Of a stretch of 64,000 bases of DNA, positions 25,987 through 34,358 are shown piece after piece. Position numbers and translations under genes: made by a program. Origin of the DNA: a virus (taxonomy: Duplodnaviria; Caudoviricetes); the IMG/VR virus record IMGVR_UViG_3300042691_027299, positions 596-64,595 of that record; one strand, 5' to 3'. Below the pieces are notes generated by a model that did not search any database, was not told where the DNA came from, and saw only the letters and a program-made list of their open reading frames with translations. Every line of letters starts with the position of its first letter. Position 1 is the stretch's first letter.

Positions 25987-26348
25987 TAGCTCGCGCTCCC
26001 TATGAGGTATCCGCAGACAAAAACGGCCGACAAAAGCACGGCCCATGCAAACGCAACATCCACTTCCATCACCCCTCGCACTCGATGCGATGACATGCCC
26101 AATCATCCGGTGATCTGTTTTGATCGAGGGCGAGCTTGCGTATTGCCTGCCGCGCCTCGCACTCCGTTTGGTAATCTGCGGGCTCTGGGAAGCCGCTTGT
26201 CAGGTCGATGATGATCCAGACCACCCGCATGATCGGCCTCCTGAAAAAGTCGGCGGGGGCGGTCCCCGTCCGCTGTAAGCAGCCGCCCCCGCCTGACCGA
26301 CGCTGCCCTCAAGGCAACCCCCGATGCCCCGCGTCGGTGTTCGAATGG

Positions 26349-26657
26349 TCAAGCAACGGCGCTTTGAACTCTGCTCTCAAGCAGAGCAACGCGCTGGCGA
26401 AGCCGAGCGTTTTCGGCTGTTAGGTCGGCCATTTGTTGCGGATAGACGCTCGGTCCATCGAGGTAGGACCATCGCGACGGCTCGCCAAATGCAGCAATCG
26501 CGCGCCCGATAAATTCGTCGGGGAGATTGAAAACTGTAATCTCAAAGCTGCCGCTCTCGACAGTTTCTATCTTGATCGTGAGGCACCGCGCGTTGTCGTA
26601 AATAATGGAATTCAACGTCGCGGAATGTGCCGAATGAATCATCATGATGGTGCTCAT
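26349..26657 (-). CDS. Hypothetical protein
   Basis: GGAG RBS; early leftward operon. Confidence 0.55.
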   Translation of the reverse strand: MSTIMMIHSAHSATLNSIIYDNARCLTIKIETVESGSFEITVFNLPDEFIGRAIAAFGEPSRWSYLDGPSVYPQQMADLTAENARLRQRVALLESRVQSAVA

Positions 26658-26691
26658 TGCATGGCTCCGTTCGATGCAAATAGAGGTTGAG

Positions 26692-27027
26692 TTAAAGCGG
26701 AACGGCGTCGCCCCACTTTTTCGGGCGTGCCACAAAGCGCTCAAATGCGCGCTCGCGCAGAGCTTCGTTGATCCTGTCTTTGTACTCGCGCTCGATGGCC
26801 TCCGTGAGCGCCCACCAAAGCTGTGTGTCGCGCTTCACGTCCTGCCAGCGCTCGTTGATGCCTGGGCCGTCGTCGACCTTCTGGCGCAGCTCGGTGACTT
26901 GTCCGCGCGCGTCGACGCTGAACTCGCCATCGAAAATGAAGGGTGAAATCCAGTGGTCGCAGAGAAGGACGTGGGTCAGCTCATCCACGATAAGCCCGTC
27001 AATGACTGAATCCGTTTCGTTGGTCAT
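26692..27027 (-). CDS. Hypothetical protein (first gene of the leftward operon)
   Basis: Downstream of the PL-like promoter and leader hairpin. Confidence 0.6.
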   Translation of the reverse strand: MTNETDSVIDGLIVDELTHVLLCDHWISPFIFDGEFSVDARGQVTELRQKVDDGPGINERWQDVKRDTQLWWALTEAIEREYKDRINEALRERAFERFVARPKKWGDAVPL

Positions 27028-27130
27028 GTGCTTGCCCCTGATTTGCAATCCACCGGGGCGGGTATGGGGGAACGATGCTTGTCGGCCGGATCACGCTTCC
27101 GGTTGCCCCGGTGGATGTGTTAAGGGATAC

Positions 27131-27175
27131 ATAACGAACTGTGATACGTCAAGCGTAAAAATCACGGCGCGTTAT
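27131..27175. promoter_or_regulatory. Left operators / PL-like promoter
   Basis: ATAAC-GAACT-GTGAT (27131-45) and ATCAC-GGCGC-GTTAT (27161-75) flank a leftward TTGACG. Confidence 0.75.
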
Positions 27176-27248
27176 TTTTATGTGTGCAACGAGCATACAA
27201 AGACACGCGCCAGCGCGAAGGCGGGAGCCAAGTAGTCTTACGACTTTC

Positions 27249-27261
27249 GGGGGGGGGGGGG
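27249..27261. repeat. G13 homopolymer
   Basis: Read directly from the sequence. Confidence 0.9.
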
Positions 27262-27267
27262 TGTGAG

Positions 27268-27552
27268 TTACGCTCGACGCTCTGCCCGCAAAGCATCAAC
27301 GAGACGCTTGGGCAGTCCGCTCGGGTCGCCACGATACAGCCAGTCTAGAGTCAAATGGTAGCGTTCGCAGAGTACCAAGGCCGCCGCCAGCGTCAGACAA
27401 CGCGCGCCGGTTTCATATTGATTATAGCGCGGCTGGCTCAAGTCTGCGCCTCTCCCGAATTCCTCTTGCTCCATGCCCAACGCTCTGCGCGTCCGCGCAA
27501 GGCGGCGCGCCACGTTGTTTGCGAGTTCGGGGCCATCGTCGGGGTCGATCAT
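27268..27552 (-). CDS. CI-like XRE-family repressor (HTH only)
   Basis: RL..TR..LGM.QEEF...LSQPRYNQYETG...TLDWLY.G; divergent from cro. Confidence 0.88.
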   Translation of the reverse strand: MIDPDDGPELANNVARRLARTRRALGMEQEEFGRGADLSQPRYNQYETGARCLTLAAALVLCERYHLTLDWLYRGDPSGLPKRLVDALRAERRA

Positions 27553-27566
27553 AGATCGGAATATAA

Positions 27567-27630
27567 ATCACATTGGGTTATCCACGTCCAATAACACTCT
27601 GACGCTTGTCAATTCATAACGGACTGTGAT
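27567..27630. promoter_or_regulatory. Right operators / PR-PRM region
   Basis: ATCAC-ATTGG-GTTAT (27567-81), ATAAC-GGACT-GTGAT (27616-30), half-site at 27591. Confidence 0.75.
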
Positions 27631-27642
27631 ATGCGTAGCTTC

Positions 27643-27897
27643 ATGATGATCGAGACCATCAACGATTTGATCGAGGCTTACGGCGGCGCCAGCGCGCTTG
27701 GCGAAAAGCTCGGCATCACCCAGGAGGCGGTGTCCATGTGGCGGGCACGGGGCGAGATCCCTGGTGGCTGGCACATGGAGTTGTTTGTCGACGGGCGTTC
27801 TCGCGGTTGGGAAATGGCCCCGTCCGTTTTTGGTTTTCACGACCCCGACAGCGCTCAGAAATTCCTACAGGCCACACGCCAGCGCTGCGTCGCCTAA
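27643..27897 (+). CDS. Cro-like HTH protein
   Basis: LIEAYGGASALGEKLGITQEAVSMW..RG.IP. Confidence 0.82.
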   Translation: MMIETINDLIEAYGGASALGEKLGITQEAVSMWRARGEIPGGWHMELFVDGRSRGWEMAPSVFGFHDPDSAQKFLQATRQRCVA

Positions 27898-28043
27898 GCG
27901 TCCCCGTATCCGTTGCTTTGCGTCAACGCCCGGCCGCAGCGCCGGGCGCTTGGGATTCCGTTGCCGCGCGCTCCCGGCAACTTCTTCCTGGCCTCGTCCC
28001 AAGCGCCTCGCCCTACGACTAGGCAAGCAAAAGGGGCAACTGC

Positions 28044-28571
28044 ATGCTTTGGAAGCCTGAAGAAGACCAGCAGCTCGTTGACTACTGGAAAAGCGGACAA
28101 TCGGCGTCACTCATTGCGGAACGGTTTCCAGGCCGGACCCGAAACGCGGTCATCGGCCGCGTGCACCGGCTGGGAATGTCGAAAAAGCGCACGGCCGAAA
28201 CCCACCGACGCATCAGCCGCACGATGACACGGCTGCGCAAGATCGAGCGCCAAGAGCGCGAAGCCCGGCAACCGAAAGTCACGCAAGCCAGCCGCATTCA
28301 AGCGCTTTTGAAATCCGAGCCGCTTCCGGAAGACATTGCCACCGACATCGCCAAGGTCAGCATCACCGATCTTGAGCCGCATCATTGCCGTTGGGTTTGC
28401 GCGCCCGTGAAAAATATTTTCGAGCCGGTGCATTGCGGCAACAGTCGCGTGCTCGGCACGCCCTATTGCGAGGCTCACGCGCGGCGAGCTTACAAACCCG
28501 CTGCACCACCGCAACCGCGTCCGCTCACTACCAACAGCCTGACGCCGGCGGGCCTCAAAGTCGAAGCCTGA
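28044..28571 (+). CDS. gcrA: GcrA-family cell-cycle regulator homolog
   Basis: W..GQSAS.IA....TRNAVIGRVHRLG; L....CRW...CG......PYC..H...AY. Confidence 0.92.
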   Translation: MLWKPEEDQQLVDYWKSGQSASLIAERFPGRTRNAVIGRVHRLGMSKKRTAETHRRISRTMTRLRKIERQEREARQPKVTQASRIQALLKSEPLPEDIATDIAKVSITDLEPHHCRWVCAPVKNIFEPVHCGNSRVLGTPYCEAHARRAYKPAAPPQPRPLTTNSLTPAGLKVEA

Positions 28572-28717
28572 AACGAATGACGGCCCGCTCGAAGTCCGGG
28601 GCGGGACAGGAGCGGGCCGTTGGGAAGCGTGTTTGGAGTGGTACGCCAAGCGTACTAATGACCGACAAGCGAGAGACATATGCAACATATTCGCGACAAT
28701 TTCAAGGCGGTGCTGCC

Positions 28718-29647
28718 ATGAGCGGCCCGCGCTTTGTTCGCTTTTACGCTTCCGACTGGCGCTCTGGCTGCATCGGCATGACGCCCGAGGAAGAAGGCTT
28801 CTACATTCGCGTGTGCGCGCACTTCTGGGAAACCGGAGTTCGCGTGCCGTTGGATGACATGATTGCCGCCGGCCGGCTCATGCTGGACGTGCGCAAGTAT
28901 CGGAGGCTCAAAACCAAGCTCATAGAGAAGGGGAAGCTGCATGTCGCGGAAGACGGAATTTATAGCCCACGATCCGAAACCGAATACTCCGCAGCAACCC
29001 GAGCCATCGGCAAGGAAGCCGAGGCAGAGCCCATGGCAACCGCACGGGGACAGCATGATCGTCAACACGCGGACGGGCGAAATCAGGTGGAAGGACGGGA
29101 CACCAGCGCGCATCCCGTAGCCGCACTTCCGGGAGACATCGGCGAGACATCGGCAAGAAGTCTCGGAGAAGTCTCGGAGAACTTTGCCAATAAACCGAAC
29201 GAAATCAATGGCCCTCTAAAGAGCCGTAACCAGAGCCTAAAAGGAAAGATTATCCCCCTTACCCCCAAAGGGGGACCGACACCATCGCAGGCTCTTGAAG
29301 CTTTCAACGCCTACAACGAGACGGCGTTGCGCTGCGGACTGCCGCAAGCCTCGCGGATGACGCCGGATCGCCAACGCAAGATTATCGCCCGGCTTCGCGA
29401 CTACGGCCTGGATGGTTGGGGCCGTGCTCTCAAAAATATCGAAACCTGCGATTTCCTCCGGGGCAGCAACAACACCGGATGGCGGGCAAGCCTCGACTTT
29501 CTGTTGCAGGCGTCGAGCTTCGCGAAAGCGCATGACGGCGTCTATGGCCGAGGCGAAGCGCGGCCTAAGCCCATATCGGACGCTGCACGAAAGACGCAAA
29601 ACGCCTTCGACGTGCTGGCTCGCATGCGCATGGAGGCCGCCCAATGA
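28718..29647 (+). CDS. DUF1376 (YdaU-like) replication initiator
   Basis: FYASDW.SG...MT.EE.G.YIR; C-terminal GWRASLDFLL...F.K..DG.Y. Confidence 0.8.
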   Translation: MSGPRFVRFYASDWRSGCIGMTPEEEGFYIRVCAHFWETGVRVPLDDMIAAGRLMLDVRKYRRLKTKLIEKGKLHVAEDGIYSPRSETEYSAATRAIGKEAEAEPMATARGQHDRQHADGRNQVEGRDTSAHPVAALPGDIGETSARSLGEVSENFANKPNEINGPLKSRNQSLKGKIIPLTPKGGPTPSQALEAFNAYNETALRCGLPQASRMTPDRQRKIIARLRDYGLDGWGRALKNIETCDFLRGSNNTGWRASLDFLLQASSFAKAHDGVYGRGEARPKPISDAARKTQNAFDVLARMRMEAAQ

Positions 29648-30429
29648 ACGCGCGATCCGACGCCCATGTCATGGCGATGCTGGAGCGGTTGGCGGCCGTT
29701 TTCGGTATGCCGCAGAATTTGACCGAAGAGGCTATCCCAAAATTCTTCGCGGAATACGTGGCCGCGCTCTCCGGCTTCGACGCCATGACGCTGCGCAAGG
29801 CCGGCGACCGCGCGCTGAGGCATTGCAAGTGGTGGCCCAAGCCTGCCGAACTGATTGACTTCTGCGAGGCCGCGTTGCCGACCCCAACAGGCGACAGCGA
29901 GGCGCATCGACTGATTAAGCACCGCGACGAAATGGTGAAGCAGGCTGCCCGCGAGTACATGAAGCACAGCAAGTCATCGTTGGTCGACATGGCGATGTCG
30001 CAGGGCTGGGGCCGGAGCCTGGAGGATGTGGCGCGCGATGTCATCCGCCAGTGCTACGACCGAGACGGGCAATTGCCGACGCCGGCCATGATGATGGCTT
30101 TCCGCATGCCAAGCCAGGACGTGGAATACTACGCTCGCCACGGTCAATCGCATCTCGATTACGACGTTGCGGTCATTCTCGCCGCACGCGGCAAGGGGCC
30201 TCCGGTTGCGCCGCTGAAACCGATCTCACGCGAGGAAGCCCCGGCCATCACCGCCGCACTGGTTGAAGCAATGAAAGGCGGCGGCAAGATTTCAGGCGAA
30301 GCGGTCAAGGCGCAATGGGAACGGGGCCGCGCGGCTGAGTTCGAGGCTATGCAGCAAGCCAGCCCCAACGCGGTGCATCGCCAGCGGCTTACGCCAACGT
30401 CCAGGCGCATGATGGGGGATCGAGAATGA
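29644..30429 (+). CDS. Putative replication accessory/helicase-loader-like protein
   Basis: Coupled to the initiator; KWWPKPAEL motif. Confidence 0.55.
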   Translation: MNARSDAHVMAMLERLAAVFGMPQNLTEEAIPKFFAEYVAALSGFDAMTLRKAGDRALRHCKWWPKPAELIDFCEAALPTPTGDSEAHRLIKHRDEMVKQAAREYMKHSKSSLVDMAMSQGWGRSLEDVARDVIRQCYDRDGQLPTPAMMMAFRMPSQDVEYYARHGQSHLDYDVAVILAARGKGPPVAPLKPISREEAPAITAALVEAMKGGGKISGEAVKAQWERGRAAEFEAMQQASPNAVHRQRLTPTSRRMMGDRE

Positions 30430-30965
30430 CCGAAGCTCTCAAATGGTTTGTCATCGCTGCCATTGTCACGGGTTTGCTGATCCTTGCAGCCCTGGTGCCA
30501 GCTCATGCGGATGAGACGAGATATTCAACGGATCGCTACTGGACGAAAAACTATGAGGACTTTGTGAGGGAACGCACAGCCGAGCGGCATCGGCCCTATC
30601 GAGCACGCCCGCAAGTCAGAGCATGGCGCCGGCATCACCACCACCACAAGCCGGAGCCGCTGCCGCCTAGCAACCACTCGGCAATGTGCCTGGGCGAGAT
30701 AAGAGCCCATGGGACTCCGCACCTGACCGAAGCCGACGCCATGGCATCCGCGAAAAGGCACTGGCAGGCCATCGCGCGCTACGACTTCGGCGAAAAATAT
30801 ATGTCCATCGACACCGCGCGGCACGTGAAATTTAGGTGTGCAAGGGCCGAGACCAACGAAACCGCCGCCGGTCGCCTTGCGGAAGCTGTAAGCGGTGAAG
30901 CGTGGCGCATGCGATGCGAAGTCGTCGCCCATCCATGCCGCAGCGAACTGAAGGAGGCGCCGTGA
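30426..30965 (+). CDS. Exported hypothetical protein
   Basis: Signal peptide ending AHA; His tract; several Cys. Confidence 0.6.
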   Translation: MTEALKWFVIAAIVTGLLILAALVPAHADETRYSTDRYWTKNYEDFVRERTAERHRPYRARPQVRAWRRHHHHHKPEPLPPSNHSAMCLGEIRAHGTPHLTEADAMASAKRHWQAIARYDFGEKYMSIDTARHVKFRCARAETNETAAGRLAEAVSGEAWRMRCEVVAHPCRSELKEAP

Positions 30966-31381
30966 GCCGCTACGCCAACCATTCTCACGTCTGCGCCGAC
31001 TGCTCCGTCGAATTTCAGGGCGCCTACAATGCCAAGCGGTGCGGACCATGCGCCTTTGCAAAAGAGACAATTCGCAAACGCGACAACGCAAGGAAATCTC
31101 ATGCCAACGAAAAGTCTCGGAAAGTTCGTGAAGCTTACGACCGACAAGACCGGCAAGACCAAGCTGTCCCGAGTGCACGCTTATGATGCGAGCAAGAAGC
31201 GCCGCATCGCGAAGTCCAAGAAAGTGAGGGTCAAGAGATGAGCAACCCTCACTGCCGCATCGGCCGCATCACGCCAACCGAGCAAGGTCTGCGCTGCCCG
31301 CAGTTCATGGCGTTTCTATTCCATCGACCTCTCGCGCCCGCTCGCGATTGGATCACAAGTCGGTTCCTGGAGGTTCGATAA

Positions 31382-31684
31382 ATGACACGAGACCAAGCCC
31401 TGATCATCGCCAAGCGCATCATGCGCCGCATCGAGGACGATCAAGCCATCCACATGGACAGCCTCGCCGATGAGCTGGTGATGGCGATGGCCGTGCAAAA
31501 ACCGGCCATTGTGCAATCGTTTGTGGGGGCTAACAAGGTGCCGCTGCCAACGATGGCTTGGGGAACGATGACGGATGAGCCCGCCGAATCCAAAGATTTG
31601 CTGAGAGCCAAGCAAGAGAAATTCGATCAATGGGCCGCCGCAGTCCAGGCTGCACGGCAACGCGGCTATCTCATGGGGGTTTGA
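31382..31684 (+). CDS. Hypothetical protein
   Basis: GGAGG RBS; coupled to the NusG paralog. Confidence 0.6.
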   Translation: MTRDQALIIAKRIMRRIEDDQAIHMDSLADELVMAMAVQKPAIVQSFVGANKVPLPTMAWGTMTDEPAESKDLLRAKQEKFDQWAAAVQAARQRGYLMGV

Positions 31685-32184
31685 TGACCACAACCTGGCG
31701 CATCCTCATGGTGGCCCCGCAACGCGAACTCCGCGTCGCCGCTGAAATCAAGCGCGGGCTGGGCTTGTTCACCATGGTCCCGACGCAACGACATAAGGTG
31801 CGCACCCGTGGCCGTGGCAATCAGGTCATCATCACCGATCGCAGCCTGCCCATCATGCCGAGATACGTTTTTGTCGGTTCGAACTTTGGAGACATCCCGT
31901 ACCGCGACGTGATGGAAATCCAGCATGTGCAGTCCGTCGTGCAATTCGGGGGCGAGCCTGCCCGCCTGACTGGCGCCGACGTGCATGCCATCCGCCGCAT
32001 GGCCGCCGATTTTGTCACGGGCTGGAAGGCGGGCGATAAGGGCATCATCACGGACGGCCCCTTCAGGTCGATCGAGGCGTTGATCGCCCACGTCAAGACC
32101 GAGACGATGAGCGTGCGCGTGCCCATGTTTGGGTCGGAACGTGTCGTGGAAATCCGAGCCGACCAAATCGAAAAGGTTGCCTGA
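31684..32184 (+). CDS. NusG-family antitermination factor paralog (NGN+KOW)
   Basis: PIMPRYVFV, GDKGIITDGPF (KOW) and MFGSERVV motifs. Confidence 0.9.
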   Translation: MTTTWRILMVAPQRELRVAAEIKRGLGLFTMVPTQRHKVRTRGRGNQVIITDRSLPIMPRYVFVGSNFGDIPYRDVMEIQHVQSVVQFGGEPARLTGADVHAIRRMAADFVTGWKAGDKGIITDGPFRSIEALIAHVKTETMSVRVPMFGSERVVEIRADQIEKVA

Positions 32185-32260
32185 CGTTTTCCGGGCCTTG
32201 CCGCCCATAAACAGGACTCTTTCCAGCCTTGGAAAACCTCGAAGCGCCAGCGCCAAGCAA

Positions 32261-32298
32261 AGAAAAAGCCCGGCGAGGATTTCTCCCGGCCGGGCGTT
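32261..32298 (-). terminator. Terminator between convergent genes
   Basis: AAAAAGCCCGGC...GCCGGGC hairpin. Confidence 0.65.
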
Positions 32299-32316
32299 GA
32301 TTGTGCAGGCTAACCC

Positions 32317-33165
32317 TTAGTGCAACGTGATCGCCACCTGCCGGCCATCGCGTTCCTTGCGAAGCAAACCGGCGGCAACTGCATCCGCCACCCGCTTGGA
32401 ACATTCCCCGTCACTGATGCCCGCCAACCGGGCCAGTTCCGAGTTGTTGACCGGTCGACCGATAGAGCGCAGCAACCGCCGCAATTCCTCGATCTCCGTG
32501 TCCGTGATCGGCTCGACCTTCGCATCCCGCTCGGTAATGGCAACATGAGCGGGACGCGTGTGTGTGAAGGGTCCGAGGCCAAAGAACAATGCAGCCCATG
32601 CACACAACTCAAGTCCGATCGGCAGTGTCGCCGGGTGCCAGTCTGGAAGCCAGGGCTTGGTTGTCGGCTTTGCAGCCTCGACCTTGCCGGCCAGCTCCTT
32701 CTGAAAGGCTTGCCGCTGTTGGAGCGTGAACGTCACGCCTTCGCAGCGCTTGCCTTTCCCGGTCTTGCATTCCGACGCCGCCCAGGCTTCGGCCTCGGCC
32801 ACGAGCTTGTCTGCTTTCGCGAGATCAGCCCGGACCTTGGCCTGGTCGGCCTGGGTCGTTTGCGCGGCTACTCGGCGCTGCTCCTGGGCTTCACCCAATC
32901 GCGACACGCCCGAAGGCAGCACAAACGCCAGCAGCACCAAAACGGGGAGAAGCAGAAGCCCGGCCTTGAGCTTTGCGCCTTCCCGGAAGGCCGCCTCGGC
33001 GAGCACCGGAAGAAGTGCGGCCGAAACGGTTGCCAGCGGAACGCCTAACTTGGTGACGGTGGAGACGCCAACCAGCGACTCCCAAATCACCGCCGTTTGA
33101 TAACTGACACACGCGACTGCAATGGCTGTTGCTGCAACGTGTGTCCAACGGATAGAATAACCCAT
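32317..33165 (-). CDS. Membrane coiled-coil protein with C-terminal HTH
   Basis: TMs, ECKTGKGKRC, TM, NSELARLAGIS.GE.SKRV. Confidence 0.75.
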   Translation of the reverse strand: MGYSIRWTHVAATAIAVACVSYQTAVIWESLVGVSTVTKLGVPLATVSAALLPVLAEAAFREGAKLKAGLLLLPVLVLLAFVLPSGVSRLGEAQEQRRVAAQTTQADQAKVRADLAKADKLVAEAEAWAASECKTGKGKRCEGVTFTLQQRQAFQKELAGKVEAAKPTTKPWLPDWHPATLPIGLELCAWAALFFGLGPFTHTRPAHVAITERDAKVEPITDTEIEELRRLLRSIGRPVNNSELARLAGISDGECSKRVADAVAAGLLRKERDGRQVAITLH

Positions 33166-33304
33166 AGTCGTCTCTCCTGGCTTCATCAGGGGGATGATCA
33201 GGGCCGGGGAGGGTGCGCTAACACCCCACTCGGCCCGCCTGCTTTTTGATGGGCAGGAAAAGGACGCCCAGTTAAGGGCGTCTATCTGCTGCTCACTTAC
33301 GCCG

Positions 33305-33496
33305 TCACTTTACTGTAGTGAGATCCGCAGCAACGGCTGGTGTCCGTACACCGCTATCCCATGCTACGAGAACATCGCATTTGCCGACAGGCGCGGCGAG
33401 AACCTCAAGAATAATCCCCGTGTCGTGATCGGCTCCGACGCCACCTTCTACGCGAGTGCGCTGCTTGATGGCGGTGCGTGCTTCTGCTTCGGTCAT
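33305..33496 (-). CDS. Small hypothetical protein
   Basis: CAGGAGAGACGAC RBS identical to that of the next gene. Confidence 0.6.
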   Translation of the reverse strand: MTEAEARTAIKQRTRVEGGVGADHDTGIILEVLAAPVGKCDVLVAWDSGVRTPAVAADLTTVK

Positions 33497-33627
33497 TGTC
33501 GTCTCTCCTGTGGTTAATAATCCGAATATAAGTGATTTTTCGTCACCCGTCAATAGGGGTGGCGTAGATATTCAATCACTTTTTCGTGATTTGTCGTCCG
33601 TCGCAATGGCGGGATACAATAAACCCC

Positions 33628-33840
33628 ATGGAAAACATCGACCCAGAGCGTCTTCGCTACAAGCGCGGCCCCGGCCGGCCCAAGCAGGCTGAGGTCATGC
33701 CGCAAATCTCCATCCGCATCCCGCAATGGATGCTGGATAACCTCGATGCCATTAACGAGCACGAGCGGCACGGACAGAGCGACAGGGCGAGCCTGATCCG
33801 CGAGGCGATCGCAGCATGGATTGATGCGGGTAGGAAGTAA
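33628..33840 (+). CDS. Ribbon-helix-helix DNA-binding protein
   Basis: GRP, ISIRIP..ML..LD and RASLIREAI motifs. Confidence 0.8.
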   Translation: MENIDPERLRYKRGPGRPKQAEVMPQISIRIPQWMLDNLDAINEHERHGQSDRASLIREAIAAWIDAGRK

Positions 33841-33850
33841 CAGTAACCCC

Positions 33851-33879
33851 TTGCGCCATCCCGCAAATCAATTTAGACG
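33851..33879 (+). promoter_or_regulatory. Putative late promoter of element B
   Basis: TTGCGC-N17-TAGACG with CCGCAAATCA; matches 681-709. Confidence 0.6.
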
Positions 33880-33994
33880 AAATTAAGAGACGAGCGATCC
33901 CCCCGGCCTGCACCCCATAGCCGGCAGAAGTCAGTTTCGGGACGCCCTCGGTCGCAATGGCGACCACCCCATCCAAAAATACGCCCGGTCATCC

Positions 33995-34183
33995 ATGACA
34001 CCCCAAGCGGTCATCGGCCTTATCGCCGATTGGACTAAGCGCATCGGCTTACTCGCTCTTGCTATTCTCGCCGCCCTGATGGCCCTTAAGGCTCTCGGGG
34101 CTCCTATCGCTTGGCGAACCCCCAACCTTGATCAGAACGCCGGCATTGCCATGGCCGCGCTTGCTTACGTGCTCTCTCGATGA
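33995..34183 (+). CDS. Small two-TM membrane protein
   Basis: Near-identical to 820-1020. Confidence 0.75.
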   Translation: MTPQAVIGLIADWTKRIGLLALAILAALMALKALGAPIAWRTPNLDQNAGIAMAALAYVLSR

Positions 34184-34347
34184 CCGAAACCGAGATTGAT
34201 GACGTTGACTTGTTGTTCCTCGACCTTGCGGAAATCTTCATTGCGTTTGGCATCTCGTCCAGCCAAGCGCTTGAACTCATTAAAGAACGTTACCCGGTGA
34301 TCCACATTCAGCTTCTGTCCGAGTCAGACCCCGAAACCTTGCACTGA
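34180..34347 (+). CDS. Small acidic hypothetical protein (not in the ORF track)
   Basis: MTETEIDDVDLLFLDLAEIFIAFG...; homolog of 1017-1202. Confidence 0.75.
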   Translation: MTETEIDDVDLLFLDLAEIFIAFGISSSQALELIKERYPVIHIQLLSESDPETLH

Positions 34348-34358
34348 CGAGGCCCCCG

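Noticed and set aside
28385-28717. N-terminal extension of the replication protein
   Set aside because: Overlaps gcrA; the DUF1376-like domain and an RBS begin at 28718.
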